Assembly (NCBI GenBank): GCA_964035545.1
Contig: OZ037766.1
Coordinates: forward strand, 1,860,001 to 1,924,000
Origin: Bugula neritina
Taxonomy: Eukaryota; Animalia; Bryozoa
Length of the DNA: 64,000 bases
Direction: 5' to 3'
Shown: positions 53,613 to 64,000 of the stretch, piece after piece
Layout: every line of letters starts with the position of its first letter
Position numbering within the stretch: position 1 is the stretch's first letter
Made by a program: the position numbers and the translations under genes
Notes under the pieces: model-generated
Seen by the model: only the letters and a program-made list of their open reading frames with translations
Told to the model about the DNA's origin: nothing
Database searches by the model: none

Positions 53613-55167
53613 CTATATAACCGGAATAGACGGAATATAGTCCCGGGAATTGCAGGCTAAAGCCATGAAATGGGATGAGCTCTACAAATAGGTAGATGTG
53701 TAAGAATTGTCCCCTCTTACTTCAACAGTCATGTATAAAATAACTGTGGAATGCAGAGTTACCTTCCCATGTAATGAGTGTGAAGCAAACGATAATCAGT
53801 AGTAATAAATATACTGCATGTAATAAAAACCAACTCAAGAACCAACTTTCCAAAATATAAGTGACTAAAACATTACAGAAACTTTTTGAATACTTCTGCT
53901 ACTTCCAGAGATGTTAATAGAGTTCTGTTCACAAGAAATTTTCATTCTGTTTACTCACTATATTTCTGTAGCATTGAAGATATTTTTGCCATCTGTTTTG
54001 CAAAATTAAAGACTTGCTAATCTTAACCAACACGCTGTCATGTAAAATATATTCTATTACTTAGGATAAATCATCATCTCTCAAATATCTTCTCTCTTGA
54101 ACAAACACATTTTACTGTCTCTGATACATGTATGCAGATTAGACATAGCAAATTATACAACGTGTAGGGTGGTAGCAGAAGGCCTCCGCTGTTGTCCAGA
54201 AAGCAAGTAGTTAGGACTCAAGCTAAATCAAGACAAGTACATACAGAGAAGAGGAGAGAAAGACATACCTGTGCGGTGTGTAGTGTAACCAGTGTATCTC
54301 CGAGCTGAGTAATAGTAAACAGGCTGGCTCTGATCTTCACATAAAACCTGAGGAACAAACATACAAGTAATAGCTACAGAATTTACACAGCTTTACCGCA
54401 ACTAGAATAAAACATTACGCTGTGTGCTACCTTTCACGCAGTTTCAACACTGAGTGGTGAATTGTAATAAAGTTAATATTAAATTGTAACAAATATAATA
54501 GCCGACAATTAAATTATAATATATAAAGATGAGATAGTCACATGACAAGAGATAAGAGCACTGATTGGTCAGCTAGAATTACTCACTTAGCCGGACATCT
54601 GATGATAGCCACTCGAGACTCAGAGCTAAACTTGATGATGTCAAACGTGACAGCCCCTCCTAACTACAAAGTAGAGTTTAAAAGTTACAAAATGAAACTA
54701 AAATCTACTTAAAAATAAATTTCAATTAACAAGAGGGAATAAAAGTATAACACAACATGAGCCTAGACATCCAAACTGAACTCTTCTCAATGGTGTGGAA
54801 AATTGGAGAATAAAGTAACTATTTCAAATTTTCTCTAATAGGCTATAAAAGTCATACATACTGTTCCAAACAGCGATCTCATGGACATGTTCATCACATG
54901 CTTCAATGCTTTGGCTGTAGCGTAAAGTCTCTGAGTACTATGAAGTATTCTAAAAACAGTATGGTCATGTGACTAAATGTTATATTATTACTACTTGCTA
55001 TTGTTAATCAGTTTGTGAACAACCAGAAGTGAAAAGAGAAGTTAGACATACATTTCCACCTTTAAATATCTGTAAGGAAGTGCATTTAACTTCGAAACTA
55101 TTCTTTTGAATTTGTATTTGGGATCTTCATTCACCTGCTGGCATGAATCAGCATTTTCATCTGCCAT
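53613..55167 (-). CDS. RPP14: Ribonuclease P protein subunit p14 (Rpp14/Pop5 family), 142 aa; not recoverable from the ORF track because the exons are short
   Basis: Exons 55052-55167, 54862-54949, 54587-54663, 54269-54347, 53613-53681 give MADENADSCQQVNEDPKYKFKRIVSKLNALPYRYLKVEIILHSTQRLYATAKALKHVMNMSMRSLFGTLGGAVTFDIIKFSSESRVAIIRCPAKFYVKIRASLFTITQLGDTLVTLHTAQSSSHFMALACNSRDYIPSIPVI*. This is colinear with RPP14 motifs as I recall them (YHYMKV, DLFGE, LDIL, AILR, VKLWSSL, LLALSGNSR). A possible exon 1 ending at 57000 would add MVHK in frame. Confidence 0.9.
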
Positions 55168-56999
55168 TTTGTGTACCTAAATATTATTTATAATGTCCAA
55201 CAGGTAATGGCAATAAATTTGTAGTTCACATCATTATTTTTAAAACCAAAATATATATATAATTTCACATGTAAAAACATTTATTTATAAAATAAACTTT
55301 TCAAACTGTTTTACATGAATCTAACACATTTATAGCACATATATAAACATATAATGTGTGCTATGAGCTATGTTATTTACCCAGGAACTAATGGAATTAG
55401 ATCTAATACTAAAAGGAAATCTATTTCAATCCAATTTACCAATCCCCAGCACTGAATAGGCCGATAGGTTAACTTGGTTGGTATGGCTGTATACTGACTA
55501 GATTTCTTTCATATGAACTAGAAATCTAAGATAAATCAGATACCAGAAAGGTATTAAAATAAACACCTTTGTGAGCACATAACTCCATAATACATTTTTT
55601 TTTATTTGATATTCATACGATGTCAATTATATTTTGTCTCACATATACACATTTGGTAAATAAATATACAGCAAAACTAAATTGAAGAGTTGCTTTAAGG
55701 AATTTTAATTCTTAAATTAAGTTCTTGGTGTTCTCTGCTAGGATATATGCAGCTACCAAAATAAAATCTAGCCTAAATTTATTTCCCCAAAGCTAATTTG
55801 TTTCAGAATCTATTCTTACCAGTTTAATAATTCAATTCTTAAAAAGAGAATATCATAATAACTGGGGCCAATCAGCCTGCAGTAAAAACAATTAACTTAA
55901 TGATTGCCATTGGTAGTTATAAAATACTATTTGATTGAATGACTGTGACATAAGATAAGTTCTGTAATAATAATAACAATAATATACTCACAAGCTTTAC
56001 TAGCCTTCATCTAATTATATAACAATGAGTGCATAGTGACAGCTCTAAGCCATAGTGATGGTATCAATAAACATTAATTTAATACTATCTACGTATCTAT
56101 TTTAAATTTATAGTTACTGTTATACATTAAATTAATACAGTTATAGCATTTAATAATTGATTTAAACTTATTTTCATTTATTTGTATTAAAATTATCTTG
56201 TTAAACTTGAATATCAAATTTAATTATAATTAAAGTTAATGATCACAATTCAACAACTACAAGATAATTTTAATGCAAATTAATCAAACTATATTTAAAT
56301 CAATTATCAAATGCTATAGCTTTATAATTACCGTTAGTGTTAGTATAGCTGTATTAGAGTAAGAGTATATATAACCATTAGTATTAAAATACTTTCAAAA
56401 TAAATAAAAATCTCATTATCAGTGAATCAATTTACTTTTAGTCAATAGCAATATCAATATGAATAATTGAATTTGAATTATTTGAATAATTATACCTATA
56501 AGTATAATAATAATGTAAATGAATTATGAATAGCCTTTCAATTTTCACTTTTACTCATGACTTTCACTTAGTCTTATCATTATTGATTATGACCATCATT
56601 ATGATTATGCCAAGCCCAATGCCAATGGTAATACTCACTAATAGTAATAGACTATCACTATCACTATGACTATCACTATGGTTATCAAATGTAATAAAGT
56701 TATCCTTAGAGTTAGTGTCATTATGATTAAGATAATTCAGATAATCATAGTTATACTTATTATAATCATATTGATATTCGCTATGATAATGAAATTGAAA
56801 TGACAAACTGAAACTCAAAGTGAAACCGAAAGTCAAAGCGAGTCACACTCACTGTCAGTGTGAGTGTCAGTGCAAGTGTCACCTCGTATCGGTATCGAAT
56901 CTGGCATTAAGTATTATTATAAGTATTATATACATTGATTGAGTAGATATTCCTCATCATTTTACGTCGAGAGAGTAATTTTAAAGACAATGAACTCAC

Positions 57000-57160
57000 C
57001 ATGCACTCTTATCACTATATCTCAAGTTAAACTTAATGTAAATGTCTCAACCTGAATTTTCCATTTTGAGTGTTCTTGAACTTTGCGAACGCGTGGAAGT
57101 TGGGAGTGGCACGTGTTAATTTGTTATTGCACCCGCGGGCAAGTTTTATCGTGAATGCAG
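57000..57160 (-). promoter_or_regulatory. CpG-containing promoter and probable first exon of RPP14
   Basis: ATG|GTGAGT donor at 56999; ACGCGTGG at 57089, CACGTG at ~57110, CCCGCGGG at ~57132. Confidence 0.55.
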
Positions 57161-57834
57161 GTAAAACATTTTATGGACTTCCACAGAGAAAGGATAACTC
57201 TTTATTCTAAATTTCGCAACCAATAGAATATTACAATGCAAGATATCTGGGTAGATAAAGTAGCTTTGTTTAACGAGTTGTCTTTTCTTGGCATCAACTA
57301 TTTCTATTGTTGGTCATGGTATCTTTTTTATCTCGCTGCATTTAAAAACTGACCTTAACAAATACCTGAAGATTACACTATTTTGATAACAAGACACTAT
57401 ACATGCTAATATTATTTTATTGCACCACTGTTTTTATACAATACACTATGTACATGCATTCATAAAAAGTAATAATAAATACACAATATGAAAGAGGTAT
57501 ATCAGCGCATCAAAAAGAATTATATAAAAAAATCAAAGCTCTTCAAAAATTAATCATCATAAATGTTAAAGTACTCAGTTTCATTTCATTTTTGTAAAAA
57601 GTAAAAAAACTAAAATTGATAGAAGATTTTTTTTATACATTGCTCAGAAAATTGCATAGCTCCCATTATCTTCAGTAGCTGATATTTGCTCACATTATTA
57701 TGATGACAAACAGTCTGCAGTTTATTTTATAAGACATGCATCAAGCTATGCCTGCATATGAGATGTCTATATTACAACAGCTTATAAGGTTGAGTAAAGG
57801 TATGCCCAGTCTTAAGTTACCACATACAGGCCTT

Positions 57835-57935
57835 GAATGAGTGAGTGACTAAATGAAGGAGTGAGTGAGTGAGTGAGTGAGTGAGTGAGTGAGTGAGTGA
57901 ATGAAGAAGTGAGTGAGTTAGTGAGTGAGCGAGTG
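57835..57935. repeat. (GAGT)n microsatellite in the predicted 3' UTR of the Tae4-like gene
   Basis: Visible; explains the SLTH ORF 57812-58030. Confidence 0.9.
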
Positions 57936-58064
57936 GGTGTTCGAGTGAATGGTGGGTGAGCGCGAGCGATAATAAAAGGCCGAGTGACTGAGTAAATGAG
58001 TGCCTGACTGTCTTCTTCTAGAATATCCAACGATTGCTTATAGATCTTGTTTCTCGCCGAACTA

Positions 58065-61000
58065 TCAACTTGGACAAGGAGAGCCTATCAAAAAATGCAC
58101 CACATACAATTTCAAACGCAAACATAAATCTAGTCTATGGCCTGAATTATTATAACTTTTACATGCTATGTCATATTGTGGATATCAATTATTAGTTGCT
58201 TATTGAGTTTGGAGTTATGTGTTTTTAATTGTAAAAAACACCCTATTCTGTCACTAATTTATGGATTTCAAACATAGTAGGGTCAAACTTGGTAGGGTCA
58301 ATTCATACAATCATTACTTTGGTCAAATCTTTATATTATGACACCAACCTTTACTTGTTGCATATGCATAAAGAAAGAATGTTTGCTAAAAGCAACTTCT
58401 ATAGCAAAAATGACAATACTTATACCTGAAAGTTCCCAGAATTCAATACTGATCTTATGATGCAAGTTGAAGAAGTATCTACTTTTAAAAGGCTTGTCAC
58501 AGTCCCACAATGCTATGCGGGCATCCACTCTGTTTCCATGACTACGGAATGTTAGTATTCTTAGAATCCCTCGCTTCTGGTGTAATTTCTCGAGAATTTC
58601 CTTTAAGCTGAACTTATTTGTAAAATAGAGCTCGGGGCTTTTGTATTTCTGAGCTAAGTAAGGTCCAAAGGCTGTGGTCCTAAATATGTACTGCAGGTTA
58701 TCAAACCCACGTATACTGTCTGCCGATTTGCCCTTACTGATTTCAATCGGCTTGGTCCCCATGCTATGTTCTCCACCAAGTTTGTTAAAGGCTACGGATA
58801 GCCTGAGAGCTGAAGTATCTGCTAGATTAAGGGTTGGATAATGGGCGTCTCCAACTATAAACTGTATCAACTCGTCTCCATAGGCCCCTCCATAATGTCT
58901 GTATCCAGGATATACTTTACTTAGTTCGTGAAATGATGGCAGAGGCATCTAAAATCATGGAGTAGAGTTTGATAGTATAAAATAAAGCCATTCCTGAGAA
59001 AATTTAGCAGCATGTGTTTTAGTAATTTTTATTTAAACTTTCATTGGATGATAGATTGAAGGTTTTTATTTTCAAATAAACAGTATGTTTATGGGCTCTA
59101 TGCTTTAAAAGAGCTGCATGGGTTTTACTCAAGTATGGATATTAGTTGTCATTACAAATTGAAGATGTTTTTGTTGGAAGGCAAACTCTGTAAGCATTTT
59201 ACAACTCAAATCTGAAGGAATGAAGTGTATCATGTAATAACATACATGTTATAGCACCTGTGTGCTATAGCAAACAATAAAGCGTAGCAGTAAGTACGGT
59301 AGTGTAGAAGTAAGTAGTGTAGAGGTAAGTAGAGTAGAAGTAAGTAGTGTAGAGGTAAGTAGTGTAGAGTTAAGTAGTGTAGAGGTAAGTAGTGTAGAGG
59401 TAAGTAGTGTAGAGGTAAGTAGTGTAGAGGTAAGTAGAGTAGAGGTAAGTAGTGTAGGAGTAAGTAGTGTAGAGGTAAGTAATGTAGAGGTAAGTAGTGT
59501 AGAGGTAAGTAATGTAGAAGTAAGTAGTGTAGAAGTAAGTAGTGTAGAGGTAAGTAATGTAGAGGTAAGTAGTGTAGAGGTAAGTAATGTAGAAGTAAGT
59601 AATGTAGAAGTAAGTAGTGTAGAGGTAAGTAGTGTAGAGGTAAGTTCACAAGTTGTAATATTTAGTGGATTATAGAGATAATCCTAACAGATTAAGGTGA
59701 GTAATCCTGTCCACTAATTCTCCTTTAATACTACGAATTAGCCGTCCATCACTAAATTCTTACCAAGGAGTACATATTGTACGTATACATTAGTGTATAG
59801 TATACATACAAGTGTGTATAGCAGGTATACATGTTCATTTATATTTCCTATTAAATATTATTTGTACATCAATTTTTTGTAAAGGATTAAGTCCAACAGT
59901 AACCAAGGTCTTCAGGTGCAGTTTGGGCTTCAATAACGTCTAACAAAGAAATTCGAGGCTTAAGAGAGTCCAACACATTTTTTCTAAACCAAAATACAAA
60001 CTAGCCTTTGGAAAACTGATAATTATGTTATTCTGAAAAAAGGATTATATAATTTCATCACATTATATAGTATTATATTATATGGTATTATCTACTCTAC
60101 TCTACTAGAATGGCATTCACGCTGTTGCGAATGTTTACTCAAGATCTCAATCAGTACAGGGCTAGCTAATAGAAAAACCTCCATTCTCTCTATCCAAATT
60201 TTAAACTGATAATTATAAACCAAAGCTCGGTCATAAACAGAGCCCCATGGATTGACATTGTTTTTATAAAGTCGCAATTTCAATGCTCTTTTATGGGCTC
60301 AAACCTCTAATAAAAGGTGATTTTTGTCTTACAGATAACATCTTCATTCAAACTCAAATCCCCAAACAGACAAATTAATAATCAAAATTAACTTTTAAAC
60401 AAAAGCTTTGTGCCAGCCAAACATGTGACACCCACTGCTATCCAAGACTAATCAATTTTCTTTTTATTTCTTAGAGCGCCAACTTCGAGACTAAAACCAC
60501 ATGATTGGCTGTGAATTAGTCAAACTGTGATTTCCTCCGCCTTTTTTTTAGGTGGTTTATTTGCAACTCTAACATCTTAAAGTTTGAATATGTTTGTTAA
60601 ATGTGCACCCATCATGGTGAATATTAACCAGTATATTATTTACCTTAACTGAGTTTTAAAGAGTAAAGAGAATACAATACAGCATTGAACTATAGGCCAG
60701 GTGTTCCATGTGCAGAGTTTTAAAAGCTGTTTGTTTGTGGATACTAACTGCTTTACTAAACAAACAAGCAACCATGTAGAAATGCCATTTGGTGTGAAAA
60801 GCTAGCCACAAGTATGCTATTGAGTACTCAGCCTATGTAACTATGTACTCAACCTAAGTTGCTATATGCTACAAGGTTAGGTGGCTAATGCCAGATACTT
60901 TCATTATAATATTATAAATGTATGAAAACTTAAAAACTATCAAACATACTTTATAGAAATATACTGATAACTGTTAGTATCAGGTTTGCTAATGAACTAT

Positions 61001-62011
61001 AAACACATTTTATATAGAGTACAGGTAGCACAAGCTAGAGAAAACAGAATTTGTCAACACAACTATATGAATTTGCAGATTTGTATTGATTAAACATATA
61101 TTCTGTAATAATATAGCAAGATACTATATAATATAGCAAGATAAACATACATTATATCATATAGCAATATATTATATCTAAAAGGTTCATAAGGTACATT
61201 TGCGCTTCTTCCTGTACATTACATTTATGTCTTTATGCTGGGTGATTTTCAAAGGTAAAAATAGTGCAAATTACCTTACTATTGTTGTGTAAGATATATT
61301 TTTGTAGAACTAAATCTTTAGGTCAGAAAATTATATTATAAATAATCATTAATTAGGTGTCAAAACTGTTACAAACCAATATCATTGTAGTTATGATATT
61401 ATTATCAAGTTTAAAACTCATAAGATAACAATCGCATTTTAAATCAGTTTAAATAAAAAGGAAAGTTAACCCTAGAGTATATTTGACTTGAAACAGCAGC
61501 TAATTGTTTTCTCTGTATACAATATATTACATATATATTATTTAGAATCTGCATTACTCAACATGGTATAATTAGCATACTAATTAGATGAGCATCTTCT
61601 ACTTTGCCATTTCAACTCTAAACAACTTACAATCTGTGTAAATATGTGATACATACTTCCATTGATGCTTTTAATAGTTTGCAATAAATAAATTCACATA
61701 ATTTAAGGAAAATTCATATAAGATTTACTTCACAACTACCCAAATCATCATTTATAATGTCTATAATGATCATTATACCCATAGTGTCTTAACAGTTACA
61801 CAACATTTTATATACATCAAAGCTTTACCACATGATTATAATATTTAATTTAATATAATAAAATTAGTATTACTTTCAATGTCATAAAGTTGTATTTAAC
61901 ACAGCAGCAGCAGCTGCAACAGCATGCAGTAACATATTATATACTTACCGTGGCCACGATGGTAAAGAGATGTGGAATAATTTGAGTAACTACGTAGCAG
62001 ATTAGGAGCAT
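58065..62011 (-). CDS. Secreted Tae4-family (T6SS amidase effector 4 / dae4-like) protein with substituted catalytic residues, ~201 aa, 3 exons
   Basis: Exon 1 61949-62011 MLLICYVVTQIIPHLFTIVAT (signal-peptide-like, donor GTAAGT, phase 0). Exon 2 58426-58948 (acceptor TTTTAG) carries the Tae4 blocks in order: LPSF..L, DTSALRLSVAFN (cf. NAC.IRMSY.LN), GFDNLQYIFR (cf. GSDKKRYMFR), KRGIL (cf. KQGII), DARIALWD (cf. TGHVTLWN), IEFWEL (cf. ATFWSL). Exon 3 58065-58084 (GSPCPS*) is less certain; AATAAA on - at 57721-57726. Confidence 0.82.
59300..59645. repeat. 15-bp minisatellite TAAGTAGTGTAGAGG, ~23 copies, in intron 1 of the Tae4-like gene
   Basis: Visible array; explains the LPLHY ORF 59230-59649. 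Confidence 0.95.
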
Positions 62012-62117
62012 GTTGACAAGTTGATCCCAGATAGTAAGATACCCTCTCAAACGAATTTATTACCCATAATATACTGTATAGGCTTTATCCTAGCTAAACA
62101 CTATGAGGTTGAAAACA

Positions 62118-62130
62118 AGGTCAAAGGTCA
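62118..62130. promoter_or_regulatory. Perfect DR1 nuclear-receptor element AGGTCA-A-AGGTCA
   Basis: Exact consensus, ~107 bp upstream of the predicted ATG (62011) of the Tae4-like gene. Confidence 0.55.
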
Positions 62131-63516
62131 AATAGTGAGATTACAAAATCAAGAGTGGATAACTCTTCAACTTCAAGTACAGATGAAACTTTTTTATGTT
62201 ATTAGTATGCGAAGCTGATTATATGAAATCAGAAACTTAGTATAATTTAGCATAGATGCATACCTATACCATATACAATATATTTATTATTAGGTATATA
62301 ATCACCTATATGTAATATATATTATTATATATACATTCCTTTCTCATAGCTCATGGATCTCTTTCTGACAGAGCTCGAGAAAGGTTTGAACCCCCTCCCC
62401 GAAGCTCTCTGCCTGACAAACCCCCTTTAGAGTAAGGTAAATAGTGTATTGGAAAAGTTGGGAAGTCCTGCATGTTATTCATAAAAAATATTGCAAAAGA
62501 AGTTATGTTATCCTGAGAAGTTTAACTCTCCCTTCCAAAAGCTAAAATTCCCGAAGACAACCAAAGTACACAGGCCATTGTATCTCTCCATTATTGTACT
62601 TGAAGCGCTAATAATCTGCCCTTACCAATTTTAGCATATAGAAACTTAGAAATCTCTTGTAATGGTATGGATATATACTACCAGAAAATGACAGGAGAGT
62701 TGTGCTACCTTGACTATGAAGACTTTCAGCTCATTATAACACTATTTCAATAGACTAATTTCTAATTTTTATTATACTTGAGAGCTTTTAAAAACATGCA
62801 TATAATATCTATTAAAAATTAAAAAAAATCAGCAAGAGAAAATTGATAATCTCAAAATTTGAAAATGATGTAATCAGTAGCAAAACCAAAACCGTTTGAT
62901 TAAGTAATGTAGGCGAAGAAGAAAATATTTTAAATGTGCGTAAAGTGCTCAAGCAAGAATGAGGTAGAAAAAGAAAACTCAAAAATATACACAAGATGAA
63001 TCTATGACTAACAACACGAATTAAAACTGGCATAATTTTGGTGTCATTGATGTAATACTGAAATATGATTAACGGTCTGCACAAGAGAATATGAAAGTAG
63101 AACAAAATCGAGCACATAGCTGTGTTAAAGTAGAACATTGTTTTAGCTAAACTAGATTAAGTAAATAGTATTTGCTAAATAACACTTTGAGTGTCACAAA
63201 ATTAAAAATCCACAAAAATACCGTATTTGTTAAAGTTGAAGCAAGTGTTGCACACAATACTGAAGGACATTACGAAACACTGGCATTTCTCCACCAGCAG
63301 TTTAAAAGTTGAAACTTAAACATTAACGAGTCTGTGAATAGAGCGTAACTTCTACTGAATTCAACAAAGAGTCACAACCAAAGTATCAGTGTATAAGGCT
63401 AGCTGCGTGAACGCCCCTTCCATATGGCTACCGACTAGAAATACAGAAGCACAGCTAGCAAGGAGGCTTGCTGCCGTTGCTGCTTCCAATTTCGCATACA
63501 AAGATCTCTGCATGAC

Positions 63517-63918
63517 TCATTCATCGATCTCTTCACTGTGCGCAGTCATGAGTTTCCCATTCACATCACCAAAATCCTCCGTCTGATTGGCTAGAACTCC
63601 GGGCATGTCGGCGTCGGGAACCGCCTTGTGTGAGAGCAACTTTCTCTCCATGAGTAACTTCATGACAGTGTCGATATCTTCGCACGGCACCTAAACAATA
63701 TACATGTGTCGGTACAGTGTATACACGTGTCAGTACAGTGTATACATGTGTCAGTACAGTGTATACATGTGTCAGTACAGTGTATACATGTGTCAGTACA
63801 GTATATACATGTGATGTACTCACCAGTGTGTGCCCGTAGTAGTACGAGGAGATGTAATATTCAGAGATGTTTGCTGATGCTATCGGGTCAGACATTTGGG
63901 CAACTATTCCAGCAGTCA
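63517..63918 (-). CDS. CASTOR: CASTOR/GATS-like protein (cytosolic arginine sensor family), last two exons; the remainder lies beyond the window
   Basis: Exon 63824-63918 TAGIVAQMSDPIASANISEYYISSYYYGHTL and exon 63517-63690 VPCEDIDTVMKLL...EEIDE* match the final CASTOR ACT domain as recalled (CGIVAQI..PLAAADISAYYISTFNFDHALVPED.I..V..L). Confidence 0.88.
63697..63812. repeat. 21-bp tandem repeat TATACATGTGTCAGTACAGTG filling most of the last CASTOR intron
   Basis: ~5.5 copies between the donor (63823) and acceptor (63691). Confidence 0.9.
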
Positions 63919-64000
63919 CTACAAATACATGATGTGAAATGTCATTGCAAGTACATGTTGCGACATGTCACAGTGTCATAGCATAATGTAACATGCCACA

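Noticed and set aside
58331-58425. C-terminal hydrophobic tail (GISIVIFAIEVAF...) of ORF 58331-58948 as a membrane anchor
   Set aside because: Tae4 similarity ends at FWEL and a donor CAG|GTATAA follows immediately, so the tail is probably intron; intron retention cannot be excluded without RNA data.
58065-62011. Bacterial contamination, or a Tae4-Tai4 effector-immunity pair
   Set aside because: The gene has spliceosomal introns, host-like composition, intronic satellites and eukaryotic neighbours; no adjacent immunity-like ORF is visible.

Overview
AT-rich, intron-containing animal genomic DNA (an invertebrate is my inference; it is not prokaryotic), so most ORFs in the track are exon fragments or repeat artefacts. 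Manual GT-AG exon chaining gives seven genes. In order: the 3' part of SCP2/SCPx (+, ends in PTS1 SRL); a 12-exon ankyrin-DHHC palmitoyltransferase (-); a ~414-aa ankyrin-repeat gene (-) whose inferred ~25.6-kb intron hosts an antisense SERTA-domain gene (+) and a degenerate gene fragment; RPP14 (-); a spliced, signal-peptide-bearing homologue of the bacterial T6SS peptidoglycan amidase effector Tae4 (-); and the last two exons of a CASTOR/GATS gene (-). The Tae4-like gene is the most interesting item. It looks like a domesticated (dae4-type) bacterial toxin in which both catalytic residues are replaced (Cys->Ser, His->Arg), so it may be a non-catalytic peptidoglycan binder, and it has a perfect DR1 element upstream. 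The window also has tRNA-derived V-SINE-like copies, a possible solo LTR and many minisatellites; several local tandem duplications overlap functional sites (stop/PTS1, start/acceptor, splice donor, coding exon). Family assignments come from recalled motifs, not database searches.
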